Positions 11,743 through 25,713 of a DNA stretch of 64,000 nucleotides are shown piece after piece. Under the pieces are notes generated by a model. The model did no database searches, was not told the origin of the DNA, and saw nothing but the letters and a program-made list of their open reading frames with translations. Position numbers and translations under genes: made by a program. Source of the DNA: Yuukianura sp. NJ FZ-2021 (Eukaryota); the NCBI GenBank assembly GCA_046563655.1, contig CM102286.1, positions 10,540,001 to 10,604,000 of the forward strand, written 5' to 3'. Position 1 is the first letter of the stretch, and every line of letters begins with the position of its first letter.

Positions 11743-13470
11743 ATGTTCATTCTCTTTGTGGTTATCTTGTTTCCCATTTTATTTCTCATTTTGTTGCAGC
11801 AATATTTGAATCGGGACGCGAATTACTGGAAGGAGCGTGGGGTTATTAGCCTAGAAAATGGAACGCAGATATCCTCCTTCTTTAACGTATGGAAAGATGC
11901 TAAGACACCAGTCGATGCCGACAACGACTTGTACAAAGCCCTTGGAGACGAAAAGTATGGCGGCAGGTTTGAATTTGGAACGCCAATGCTATTCGTAAAG
12001 GATTTGGACATAATAAAGCAACTCCTGGTAAAAGATTTTGGACATTTTATGAATCGGAGAGACTTCATTGACACGGATCCCCTGCTATCCAAAGCCTTAT
12101 TTTTTCTGCGTGGTTCAGAATGGAAAGAAGTCAGAACATTTCTGAGTCCTACTTTTACTTCAGGCAAAATCCGAAGAATGTTTCATCATTTCGAACGCTG
12201 CAGCCACTCGTTGAAGCAGTACATACTGAAGAACAGCCCAAAATGTTCGAGCTCTGGCAGAGGGGAGAACGGGTATGAAGTCAATGTATATGACGATACA
12301 AGACGCTTTGCAGTGGATGTTATTGGAGCAGCGGCGTTTGGTATGGAAACAGACGCTTTGAAGGAAAAGGATTCACACTTCTTTGCACAATGCAAAAAGA
12401 CATCCATCTCAATTCCATCACGACTGCTGAAATTTGTAGTGTTTTCGTTTTACCCGCGACTTGCAAACTTCTTCAAGGCACAATTCTTGGAAGCACCATT
12501 GACGGAGTACATGGTAGGACTTCTGCGTACATCCATCTTAACACGAGAAAGTAACAGTTCGGAAGGAAGAGACGATTTCCTTCAGCTGCTAATCGAAGCT
12601 AAAGCAGAGGACAAAACAAATTTCGAATTTACCACTGATTTGGCAGTTTCGCAAGCATTCAGTTTTTTAAATGCTGGGTAAGACTAAGCTCTTTTTAATA
12701 AGGCCTTTGTAATACAGAAGTATGAAAGTTTACAAACTGAATGTCGGACATTGCACGCTGTTCGGAATTGGTTGCTAAACTGAATAATTTACTTCAGGTT
12801 TGACGCAGTAGCCGGTACAATTGCGACCTTGACGTACATACTTTCTGTACATCAAGATATTCAAGAAAAACTGCGTGATGAAGTATTAGGTGCCTTGATA
12901 AACGAAAAGGTTACATATGAAGCTGTGAACAAAATGGAGTACTTGGATATGGTTGTTTCAGGTTAGCTCCAAGCATGTCATAATCGTTGACTTTGAGTTA
13001 ACTTTTATTTAGGAAATTCATTTAGTTTGGATAATTTTTTAGAAATGCTGAGAATGTATTCGCCAGCTCAACGATTGGAGCGTAAATGTGCAGAGGAGTA
13101 CGAGATGCCTGGCGCCAATTTCAAAATTCCCAAAGGAATGATGGTGGTGATTCCAATAGACAGCATCCACTACGACGAGAAGTACTATCCGAATCCCCAC
13201 CAGTTTATTCCTGAACGTTTTTCAGCTGAAAACAAAACCGCAAGAAATCCATATACGTATTTACCATTCGGCACTGGACCAAGAAATTGTATCGGAATGC
13301 GATTTGCTTTGGTCGAAACCAAAGTTGCCATTTGCCACTTGCTGCTCAACTTTCATCTGCGTCCAATCCCGGGAGTGACGCCAGTTCCGATACGAATGTG
13401 GAAAAAGTTTGGATTTACAAGAATCCACGACGATTTGAAGTTAGAATTTATTCCGCGAACTGGAAATTAA
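11743..13470 (+). CDS. Microsomal cytochrome P450, clan 3 (CYP6/CYP9-like); exons 11743-12677, 12798-12961, 13043-13470
   Basis: N-terminal membrane anchor, WKEVR C-helix, LSPTFTSGK, EMLR (ExxR), PERF and heme motif FGTGPRNCIG. Intron phases are consistent. Confidence 0.93.
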
Positions 13471-13592
13471 GTTTTGAATATGAAAAACGTTCAAATATTT
13501 TTGAAATAACTTCTACAGAATTATGTTCACGGTGTGGCTTCAACTATAAAAATCCACTCTAGATTCACTTAAGTTGTTAAATTGGAAGTAGG

Positions 13593-15559
13593 CTATGGTG
13601 AATGTTTCATTTCTGGCTCTACTTTGCACTCATTCACAGTAGTACCAATAAAATCAAGGTCATCATTATCACCGTCGTAGTCGTTAATGTCATCCGCATC
13701 TGTATAGGAAATGCCTCTTCGAGTACGCCTGCCTCGACTGCACCCCGCAACCTCGTCGCCATCGGAAGTGAAAATACTGGAGGGTGTATTCACTTCCACT
13801 TCATGTTGCTTCAAGGGTTTGTTTTTGACTTAACATTTTTTCAATGGGCAACGGTATTTTAAATGGCGCCTCAGTCCGCTCGTAGTATATGCAAATGTAA
13901 CTCCACAACTGCAACCAATCCGGCCTTGCTCTCCAAATTTTTTTGAGCAAACGCGTAGAACATGCTGCCTAAGGGATTCGAGAATAGCTTTCCACAGACA
14001 CTGCAAGTACCAGCAGTACTTGTACGAAAAGAAAGTTTGTGTTTTGGCAAACAGAAAAGGCGAATATGCTCTCTCAATGAATGTTTCTTTGGAAAAAATG
14101 TTTGACAGTACGGGCAAATTCCAGTGTATCGCGAAATGGATTTGACTATTGGTTTTCCTTGAGCAACTTTCCGTAAGCAGGATCTTGACAAGTGCCGATT
14201 GAGCATTTCTAACGTCGCCTTTGGTTTGTTGCAAAATTCACAAGCGTACTCTGGCTGTCCCTGGTGAAAAATTCGGTTGTGCTGGGCTCGGTCTTCAGCC
14301 GATTGAAACTTGCTGGGGCATGAATACAAACATGGAAATGTCGGTGTTGTTGCTGAGCTCTGTTTGCATTTTTCAATGTGTTGTTGCCTAAGTACACTGG
14401 AAGGAGAAACCTCACTTTAATTTTTTTCCCCACAAAACAGATTTTATATTTGTGAACATTTTAGGCACCTTAGAACTTACGTGGAAAGGATACATCTTTT
14501 GCAATATGGACAACTTTTTTGTGATGAATCATTGTGTTTGATTAGACTTTCTTCTTGGACTGTTTCTACTCCCGGTTCAGTTTTAACATGAGACCACGAA
14601 GCCATTTGCAGTTCCATTTCTTTTGTCACCAGATGCTTGCAGCGAGTATTTTTACAATGCTTCTTAAGGCCTTTCAGAGTCGCAAATTGATTGGAACAAA
14701 TCGCACATTTATATCGTTTCGAACGTCTGTGGTGGAGCTCAATATGAGCCGCAAGAGTAGCCGCTGTAGGAAGACAAGAAGAACATTCTTCACAGAAAAA
14801 TGAGGGTTTCGCTGGACAATTTTGGTAGTGGGACTTCCGTACTGTCTCATGGCTATATTAATAATGGAAGGCTTAATAAATCTGTCGAGTTATAAATACG
14901 GCTTGGAATGTCTAAGTGTCACAAACCTATTCAGAAATTGTTTACAATACTTGCATTGGGACTTCCTCCTCCGATTAGAACTATTGGGGATGTACACTTG
15001 ACCGCTTCGGGTTTGCCGTGTTTCTGTAGACAAAACTTCTGGTTCCTGGTCGTCACAAAAATTAGCATCGATATTACGCATGTCGGTGCGTTGCAAACAG
15101 ATGAATGGTAAAAACGCTTCGACAAGAGTTTCCAGGTTAAATGAATCAAGTGGAATTAGTTTGATCTTTGGGACAAATAATTCCGGCGTTTCAGAGTCTG
15201 GCATATCACGGATTTTCCAAATACTAAAAAGCAGAAATAATGTTTCAAATTATAGACTATAACTTAGGCTGATCTTAAAGAGGACTATAAGTTATAGTCC
15301 ACTTATAAGATCAGCCTAAATTCGAGAAGCATTGAAGGAGTGACAAGTTTTTTTTGAATAACGTATTGTTAGTGACTAACCCGTTAGAAGTGTGAAATAA
15401 TGAGGATTCAAGCACATCGTTTGTGCCTTCTGATCCGAAGGCTTTCGATTCATGTTTTTTCGCCCTATGTGTCAATAGCGTCCTTGCGTCCTGGAGAAGA
15501 ATTTTGCATTCGGGGCAGCGGTGCCACAATCCAGCACTTACCCGGGTAAGAGTAGCCAT
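13593..15559 (-). CDS. Multi-exon C2H2 zinc-finger protein
   Basis: Repeated CxxC..H..H/C units across spliced segments (CPEC..HRAKKH, CKYC, CEEC..HIELHH, CAIC, CPYC, CEFC), plus an acidic C-terminus. Exon borders are only partly resolved. Confidence 0.75.
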
Positions 15560-17420
15560 CGTCTAGTCACCAATGCCAACTCGTCACATGGTGAAATTGA
15601 TTTCCCGTTTAGCTAGCTTTGAAATATTTCTACAATATTTCGTAATAGTGAGTAAATATTCCTTGTCGTTACCAAACGGGTCGACTTACTAATGTTAGGT
15701 CTCTTTCTTAGGTCTTTCTCGGTGTAAGTTAGTTAGTAGCGTGTGCGCGCAATTATACCTACTAATTACTTACTTAATAGCAGTTAACGTTTGGTTTAGG
15801 TATGGTGTCCCTTGCTTCTGGTTTTATTTTTAATTTTAACAAAAATAAAATTGGAAGATGTCAAGATATCTGTTTCCGCCTTGTAATTCAAAAACATTGG
15901 GAAAAATTTCCTTGCTGTATAGATGGCGATAAAGACAGAATTCCACCAGGGGCGTCACTTTCTCCACATCCACGAATAACACAGAAAAGCCAACAATTTT
16001 TTACGAATCGGTCTTGATACTGGTGCAGCTTTATATCGACTGAAATAAACTTACAAAATTGACGACGTTCCATTCCATTGTATAGCTTAAACAGGTTACT
16101 TCCGTTAACGTCGCGAAATAATTTACGTTTAGTGAAGGACCATCCTGCATTTCCTTGATTTAATGCCCATATTCATAAACAAAGATTTGATATACTTTGA
16201 TAACCGTAAGTTATATGTATAAGTTTCTGTAGAATTCTGTCGGTTTTGGCGCTGACGAGGTTCACCTAAAACGAACACCCTGAAATAATTCCCGTGACAA
16301 CCACTTCCAAATTTACAAAACATATTTCCAAACTTTGTTGTAAATTAATTTTTTCAAAGAGTTCTGCCGCCTACGGGAATTGATTTTTGGCCCATTCCGC
16401 CTTCTCGTAGTGTTAATTTTTGGGCGCATGCATCGTGTATATTATTTTAAGTAAACATGACAAAGGAGGCAAAACTATTAAGTTTGATCTGGTTTGGGAT
16501 TGGGTCCGTTATGTGCCCAGACTTACATTTTTACAAAAGACAAAAAAAATCTAATTTAGCAGATTTGAATATTTAAATTATGTGAATTTGGAGTGCTGGC
16601 TGGAACGGTCAGTGAAGTGGCTGGCAATGTAATCCTTACCTCAGCCACTTCAAAATTCCAATTGGCATTTAATTTAAGAAATTAGGATTAGAACATAGTT
16701 ACGTTTTTACACTTCAGACTCTTTCAGAGCCACAGCAAAGGTTTTACTTGCTTGCAACTGGTTTACTCCTGTTGCCGCTTTTAACTACGACATTCAACAG
16801 GCAACGATGATTACATATGGCTGTCAGCTCTAAATTCCGAAGAAGTTTTTGTCTACAATGTTACCTGTCAGCCACAACAAGTGGCGCCTAATTAACAGAA
16901 TTAGGTGTAGAACATAGTCAGGTTGTTAACTTTTCACGCTTCTTCCATTCCGAGAATTTAATGAGAAATATTTGCAGGTAAAAAGTTAAGGCAAAACGAT
17001 GAAAGTAAAATGGGACATAAGAATTTAGCACTGGATAATGTTTTATTATCATGTGTGTCAGCTTTATTCTACAAAATATATTGGATTTTTTATATTACTT
17101 GAAGTTATCGTTAGTAATTTGAATGCATTTGGATTTTTCATATTGGTTCAGCTCTTTGAATAAAACCATAGTACTGAATTTGTTTTTGTAACAATGGTGT
17201 AAAAATAGGCTGGGTTGAGGAAAAACATCAAAGGCATTTTTCTTCGTGTTCCTTTATCTTCATAACATCAACAACACAGTATTAAAAAATTAAGATTTGA
17301 AGAACACGTCACCAAAAAGCTGGTTCAAACAGTACCAGTATTTTGAAGTCAAAGTTTCAAATTCAGTGTTCCATTTTGATACAATAGAAACGAGCAGTTT
17401 ATTAGTAAGTCGCCAACAAA

Positions 17421-18209
17421 ATGTCCGCTCACTCGAACTCTAGTGAAATCACTCCATCGGAAGAGTCGCCACAACGTGTAAAACTAAGGCGCAAAATTCT
17501 TCGGAAAAAGAAACATTCTCTCCAGACTCCAACTTTTGATGGCTCTGTTTACAGCGGATATGGAAAACAACGCAGAGAAAAAGCCGCCAATACAAATGTC
17601 AACGCACTACAACTGGAACAAACTGGCAAGTCGTTCTCAAATAACTTTTGGCTGCTATTTTAAACAAAGTAGTTGGCGGTTATACCTGCCTTTCCATTTA
17701 TGTTGTCTTATCATCTTACAACTAGGTCTAGAAGTAACACAGGTGCTACAAATTGGAATCGATCGGGAGAAAATTCCACCGTTGACCAAAGTTTCTGCGG
17801 TGACCTATGCGGAGAAGGAATCCCGAATTAGAAATTGGATTGAAGATGTCAGAAAAGCTGTCGTATTGGATGCCGTTACAAATTTTTTGGAACCGTTCTC
17901 CGGTATGGACTTCGTCACAGGGCCTTCCGACTTTCCACGTCAATGTGATGAAATTCCAGTAATAGAAGCAGCCGCGAGCACAACGGTTACTATATCCGTA
18001 GGAACCCAGTCTGTGCGACACAAACATCGTAAGTAACGACTGACAAAGATGTCGTACACAGAGTCACTAGTATTTAAAAATTGTATTTTTTACTCCCTGA
18101 AGGAAAATCAACAAAGCTGCCATGTATTAATCCTCTTGCCCTCTACAACATTTACGGAGACTAAAACGACTGGACTTTGCCAAATCAGCTTAAGTGAATA
18201 TGAATTGTA
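17421..18209 (+). CDS. Small uncharacterised spliced gene
   Basis: ORFs 17421 and 17536 join in frame through a GC-AG intron at 17626-17725. A further GTAAGT donor at ~18029 has an acceptor at ~18102, and AATAAA follows. No recognisable domain. Confidence 0.45.
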
Positions 18210-21200
18210 AGTTAGTGATTGTATATTTCCCACAAATAGGATTTTAATGAATTGAATTACACTTAATCTTCAATAAATAATGAACTAATGTTGAGTGTAA
18301 AAATGAGTTTGAAAAAGTTGACATTCCAGGTAAAATAATAAACTTTGAATGCTGTGATTTGTAAGAAAACGAAGACTAATGCGCCCTAAATCAGAAGTAA
18401 ATATGGCACCTAAGGAAGCGTAAATTTAAGTAGCCTAGTTCTGCTTTTTGAGGAGATAACGAGAATTAAATTTTCCATGAAATAGGATCCACTAAAGAAT
18501 GAAATGAATCATGAACTTCTGAGTAATTACGCGTGTTTTGGAGGATTGCGGAGAAATGGAGAGAGGTAGGTAGCATTGACGAGTAGTTGTTGAGTGACTA
18601 CTGATGAACAATCTGGGACTTGAACATCCTTGTTCAGGTTGGAAGATTGTCATCATTGGAATAACCCTTGTATCATGCTCACATTGAACAAAAAATTACA
18701 AAAAGTTCAAAGTCATCGCACCGTAGGCTTAGATCTGGGATCTGGATCTTGCGTCACATTCGCACATGGGACAGAATGGCAAAGAATTGTTAGAAGATCA
18801 GACGCGCACCTTAAGTTTGTGAATAATACACTAGGTTGTGTAGGATTTACTTGTGCTGTGCATCTACCTCTAAAGTCTTAAAAACAAAAACCTGTCTACC
18901 TTTACCTTTCTTCTGGTATGCACTGACCTTTGCAAAACCAAAATGCACTTCATCCCACATCAAACCTACCCTAAATACGGCTTTGCATCGTAAACTCTTT
19001 GTACATGAAAACCTCAAAAAAAATTACAACCCCACATTTCCAGTTTATGAAAATATCTTAGTTCATGTTAACTTAAATTTTATTTCGATTTTCTTTATAG
19101 TAATTATTTATGTTTTTAAAATTCATCGCCTCAATTTTTTCTTCCCAGAATTGTGGTTTTTAATTAACAGTACTAATTTTCCCTGGACTCTAGAAATCTG
19201 TGTTCGAGAGTAACAGTTTCATTCACTTGTCGCAACCAACATGTTGTTAACCTGTTTTCCGTTTGAGAAGGTGGGAATTTTTGAATTCGGCGTTTTCAAC
19301 CTCTCTTACCGGATCTACCTGTTGTTTCGGAGAGGAAACAGGGTCCTATCTGTTGTCTGTTGCAACTCCGTTTCCTCTCCAGCACTTTATATCCGTTTCC
19401 TCATCCTCTCAATGAAACCGGGCAGGAGAAAACGTGTGTATTTTATTAATACTTGGGATTGGAGGAGTGTTAAGGGTTATCAGGAGGGCCTGGAAGCGCC
19501 ATTTCCTCTTGCACCATTTGATTTAACCACGAAAATTATGAAACAATCAAAGGAAAAGGAAGAAACAAAATGTCGGAGAATGGGAATCGTTAAACCAAAG
19601 CCAATGACTTTATGCTGCCCACCGCCTATATTACTCCGTCCTATTCTGACTTGATAAGGTTACAAATGAATGAAACTCCGGAAAAGAACCAAACGTGGTT
19701 TGGTAACACTTCCGGAACTGAAATACAAAAGATAGTTATTTCAATTCATTCCAATATTTAACTAAACTGCTATCATTGCATCAGGTTTGAAACATGTAGA
19801 AAACGAAAGTTGAAGTAAAATCAAGATTTTGCGTAGACCTTATTGGGAATGCTCAATTTCGAAAGAAAAAAGCTTTCTATGAAAAAATAACGTTTTCTTG
19901 AAAACGTTTTGACGTATATGAAGAACATAATAACAAGCAAGTAAACTTTGAGTTATTAATCACGCTCACGTGGAATAAGAATTCTCACATCGGAAATTCA
20001 ACATGTTAATTTGCAAGCGTGACTTTCATGAAGAAAGTTTTCATTCAAAACATCAAACTGTCACATCCTCATTTCTAACTTTAATATTTTTCATATGTAA
20101 CTTTTAACCTAAAGTTCTCCAATAAATTTAAATCGAGTGGGGCGTCAGTAGGGGTAAAGTCATTTCAATATGCGATGATCATCCACTCCCCGAAGAAGTG
20201 AAAACTGAGCCACCCAAAATATACTGACACGTCATCATGTTCAAATGGATTTCTGGGAGCTTTTGAAGCGCGTTGAAGGGGTTTCCTCATCAGAAGAAAG
20301 CAAGACCATCTGCCCATTCATTTGTCGATGACTAAAGTCCATTGTTCGGACAACGGGGATGTTTCAAACAGAGTAGTACTGGGGACGAAATGAATGAATC
20401 ATAACAAATGCAGGGGTGAAGCTGGCTTTCGAAGCGGATTATTTTAAAAAACTATTTCCCCTATTCCAGCACTCTTTGGTTAATCAATAACTAAATCTGG
20501 AGAGAACTCCAGAGAGGCGTAAAAGGTATCGGAAGTCAATCAAAATATTCTGTGCTCAAATGTAACAACTCATGCCAAAGGTCATTTATTACACAAGAAA
20601 TAGTAATTACTCTATGACCACTACAGTCACAACCTAAGTACTCAAATTGAATTTTTAGTATAGCACTGAAGCTAAATTTTTTTTTCTAAATTGCGAGTTT
20701 GAATTTGATGTCAAACTTTGAAAGAAACCCGAACTATTTTTGAATCTGTTTTGAATTTCGGGTTGGAACTGCCTCGGGCGTTGTTGATTTTGGAGTTACA
20801 GAGAGGACGTTTGTTTTGTTCTGCTACTTGGAGGGGTTAATGGTTAAGGAAAGAAACTGCCTGTGTGTCAACACAATTAAGGAAAGCATGAATGGATTCT
20901 AAGCTTCCGCAACGCCTTCATGAATCATCGCCCCATTGCCTTTACTAGGATTTCGGAGGTCAGCTAGGAGCTAGGGCGCTAATCCATCTTAATTAGCTCC
21001 AAGGATCCTCCAGAAGCCTCAAGGGTCCCAACAACTTAGAAACAATGGCACAAACCATTGATTCAAACCGTGGTGAAAGTTAAGCCATGGAACTGGTCTT
21101 CCACAATAGCCAAAAATAGCATTTCTTTCATCTCGGAAATTCAATTCATTACATTCTATCCTAATCGCGTTCCTTCATTTCCGATGACCCGCCTGACCTC

Positions 21201-24200
21201 TCATAGCTCCAATCAACTTTTTCCATCGGGCAAAGTTTTTCCAATTCAAGTTGTTTGAATGGAGAGGTTCCAAGTGCTTCCACAAGTTCAAAAGGTCCAG
21301 ACGACGTTTTCCTCCTTAAGCTTCCGCTCTTTGACAAAAACAAATAAAAGAAACTCCCGTTCCCATGTCTTATTTTTGTCAACGGAAAACTTAAGATCTC
21401 CGTACAACAAAAGCCTCCAGAAAACATTATTTGACTCGTAAGAACCCGAAAGTCACAAAAGAACAATGTCATCTCCTATTTCCCTCCTAAATCCCTTTCA
21501 TTCACGGATCAGTTAGCTCGCTACACAAATTCGCAAGATCAAGTTACCCGCCGTTTGAATTTTTAGACGAGGCAGAATTGGAGCGGAAGTTAAGGAACCC
21601 TCAAGCTGTGTGAGATGTAACCGAAGTTATTACTCAAGGATCTTTATTTTTTGTTTTTGTTGAAACCGTTGGCCTTGTTAGTTTGACAAATATGAAGTGT
21701 TCTTATGAATGGAAATGAGACTTTAAGGACTTTTGTGTTTTGTTTCTCCACTTTCATTTTATCTTATGTGGAGGAAGTGGGTTGACTCGATTGGGAAAAC
21801 GTTTAGACAAACAGAACTGTCCGAACTGTCTCGGCCTTCCATTCATTGTCGCATTAGTGGTTGAGAAGGTTCTCATGCACTTTCCTTGGTCTGTTGTCGA
21901 AAGTGCAAATGGAGAACGCCTACGCAGAATTTGTCTGAAAAGCAGTGGGACGTAGCCCAATCCACTTTCACCGTAGATGCAGAAGAAAGTTTTTGCCTTT
22001 CGGAAGGCTTGAAATATGTCTTCACGGTTGAGGTGAAGTGAACCAACACATCAGAACGGAATGGACGCTATTTCAACTAATATACAAAAGTTGTGTGACA
22101 CAATGAAAAAAAAATTTTTTTTGCTAGCAACTAATTGGTGCTTATAGCAGTTTTTTGAGTTTTGAAATTGGCTTAAAAATATGAAGCATCTATGAGTTTT
22201 GAAAAATGCTTTTTAAAATAATTTGCAATAATATAACTCAGACTTATTTCAAATATCACAAAAAATTAAATCACACAAAATTAAAACTGGGGGTTTTAGT
22301 ATCAACGTTGCAAGTTTGCCAAATAAATAAATTTATAAAAATTTGCCGCCATTAGTTTTAAAATGATGGACGACAAGCACACTTTAGTCGGCTATTTATC
22401 AGACAATAGATGAATGTAAATCACATTGTTTGGTCATGGGTAATAACTTAAAGTATTTTGTCTTGATATATTACAGCAGGTTCGCACCAACTACACGCAA
22501 CTTGGAGCTGGAATGCCTACTTCATATCGTGTCATGTCGCCATGTCTCATTACAAATGGCGTGTGCTATTTTGAGAACAAAATCTCAAGTATTAGTTCTA
22601 TTTTTGGGCTCCAATTTTGGGTACATTTCATCTTCTCAAGAAAGTCTTTGAAGAACAAGCTTCTTATAATTTCCTTCTACAAGGTATTTTGCCCTAGAAA
22701 TTTAACGGAATGAAATATTACGTTGGATCAAAAGTATTCAGAGTGAAAGCTAAGCTCTTAAGCCTCTTTCAGCCACAGTCCCACTCAACCATACGACCTT
22801 CCTTAAGTCTTCCTGAACATTCTTTGGCTTCCACTTTTCGTCGTCATTTCTTTTCTTAACAAGGACGTCCTTTTCAGTCTGTTTGATTACTATATGCGAC
22901 AATTCAAAAGTTTAAAAATAGAACTTTACTCTCCGTTGCGTCCTTGCGTCATCTCTGCCCTTTGAATTTGAAATAAAAATAGTTTTGTTCATTCTCAGTC
23001 CCAAGTAAAGAGAATAAGAAAATAGACGCTTTGTCCCCCTTTCCAGATTTGAATTGAAAATTTCCATAGTTAATTCAATTGGATTTTATGAAATTAAAAT
23101 ACTGCTAATGTAGAGGAGGAGGGAGGTTTATTTTTGATTCTCTCACTTTGCAAACAAGGTTTCAGTGTAGACAGACAGTATAGTGTTGACTGAACTGAAA
23201 AGTCAGTGGAGCAGAAAGCTTTGAGTTGTGAATCATTACTCACTCTCCACAGAATTTGTCATGGAAATGTTGGACACATGTCAAGGGCCCTCTCTCTCCC
23301 TTCATCTGTTTGATCCGAAAACGGGGTTTGATGATCAGGAGCAAGAAGATGATGAATCCCGGGTCGCTTGATGAGTCATTTCGGTTTTTACGCACATTTT
23401 GTTTACCATTTAAGGTCCCTAGTGCGTATGGTGGTTTGAAAACTTTTTTCACCGGCCGCTTTTCCTTTCAATCGCTCCCGTTTCCCCATGCACACTGCAA
23501 TCACCTCTCTCCATCTGCATCATCTCCGTTTCATTATTATTTCTATTCATCGCTCAACAACTGGCAGAACCAAGGGAGAGACAGCCAACGGTCTAAACGT
23601 TGGCCAAGGCTCCATTCATTTCCAGAGTATTAGTAAGTTAGGTAGAGGAGGGACTTAAGGGCCCCTCTTCGGAAGCGCGTAACTGGGCGTCCTTTTATGC
23701 TGTGAGGAAATGTTTGCTTTTAGGATCCGTTTGTCCCGTGTTCAATGTAGGCCATATGCAGACTTTGGTGAATCAGAACAGTCACGGGAAGGGGGAGGGG
23801 GCCCTTTGTGTCACAAAAGGTCCCGAATCTGGATGAATCAGAGCCAAAAAGAGGAACAATAGACAAGGAAGCCACGTGCGATCAAAATATGAGAGTAAGT
23901 AATGACAATGGAAATTAGGAACTTTCCCAGATCATTTCGGAACTAAATTAGCATCTAGTACCAATTTCAATTCGGCATTGGCACATTAGTCACTCGCAGG
24001 GAAAGTTCAAACTTTCCAAAACAAAGTTTCCAAACTTAAAAGTAGTTTGTTAAAAACAAGTTATGCTGCCTAACCCATTTTCTTTTCTAAAAATTACAAA
24101 AATAACTTTTGTTTTGCTCGTTTAATTTACGTTGAAAAATCATGAGAGAGACATTGAATAAGACTGTTTTGCTTTTAGTACAATGCCCATTCAATTGTAG

Positions 24201-24855
24201 ACGAAGTTATTAACTTTCTCCGCCTACGCTCCATCCACCCACACGCTTTCACTCATTCCTTCCTCATCTAAGAACTTCTGTACTGACTTCTCAATTCCGC
24301 TTTCCTTTCACCTAACCTAACGTCGCCATTCAATTCCACCACAACAGCGAAAGTTTCCGTCGTTACTAATCGTGATTCTGAGTCAAACGGAAACCTTCCA
24401 TGTCCGCATCATCGTCATTCAAATGATTTAAACAGTTTCTAAAGTTCAAACAGTATTGCAAATTTTTTGAACTTTGCTTCACAAGCAACATTTTATGCCT
24501 AATCTCAGGCAGAGTTTAACTTAGGTTCAGAAAGTTTCAAATTTTAGCATGATCAACACTTACCACTCCTGATTGTTTATAAATATAGAAAATGCGAAGT
24601 TAAACAACTTAAATACTCAGGTATAATGCAGCATTATAAATTTTGAATGACAGGTCACTTGGGTAGGTTGTGATTGTGAATTGAGTGTATGTTAATAAGT
24701 GCAAAAGCAGGAATGGAAACTAGAAGAAGGTCATTTTGGCAAAGAGAAGCTTCTTCTTCAACCTTCGGCCTAGTCACCCAGTCTACCATATCCGTTCGTA
24801 ATGGCTCTAGTTGGTTAACGTTTGCAAAATTCACAATGATACGCTCAGCCTCTAC

Positions 24856-25713
24856 CAGAGGTGGTAGCCTGCAACTATTTTCCTCAACCTGCCCCGCCTG
24901 CACTGCAGGAATTTTTAGCCTGCACGCCTGCAGCCTGCAAAATTATCGAAAATCGGCAGCCTGCACGCCTGCACCTGCAAGGCTCTTCGGCAGGCCAGCC
25001 TGCCGCCTGCGCAGGCTGCCTGCAGTTAGCCTGCAATTTTTTTATACGAACTGTAATCTACGAAAATTTTAATATACACTTACAACTACTGCGTAAATTC
25101 GTTTGCGTATAATGGCAATTACTCAATCACCCTCGATTATCTGTCGGTTGTCCTTTCCAAACACGTAGGGAGAAAAATTCCTAGTAATAAATTGTTTTAC
25201 GACACTGCTACCTTACTTTTGGTTTGTTTAACTTTTAAAAATTCTGGATCCTTGCACATAAAAAAATCCTCAAAAGTTATACTGTCAAATCTTGGGTTGC
25301 CTACACGGGTAAGTGTAACGCCAACTTTACTTAACCATATTTCTGCCTCCGGATTCATTATTTATTGTTTAAAGGCCCTATAGTGCAACTAATGTGCAGC
25401 AAAAAGTTTGCATAGTTCCATTGACTTTAATTCTTCAACATTCCAAAGTAATTTTTCTATTCGTTTCTGTCTTTTCTTGAAGTTTCTGAGAATAAAACTC
25501 TCAAAAAATCACAACCCGCAGCCTGCAGGCCAAATGCAGGCTCCTGCAGGCGCCTGCAGAGCATTGCAGGCCGAACCCGCCCGCCTGCAACATTTCCAAA
25601 TAAAAACCTGCACGCCTGCAGCCTGCAAAAATCCACCGCAGGTTGAGCCCGCCTGCACGGGCTGCAGGTTGGCCTGCAACCTGCGCAGGTTTACCTGCAG
25701 GCTACCACCTCTG
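24856..25713. mobile_element. hAT-type MITE with subterminal CCTGCA repeat arrays
   Basis: 18-bp TIR CAGAGGTGGTAGCCTGCA and a perfect 8-bp TSD GCCTCTAC (24848-24855, 25714-25721). Confidence 0.92.

Noticed and set aside
43..18071. Shared 17-mer TACACAGAGTCACTAGT at ~43 and ~18055
   Set aside because: No extended homology in the flanks, so no structure can be supported.
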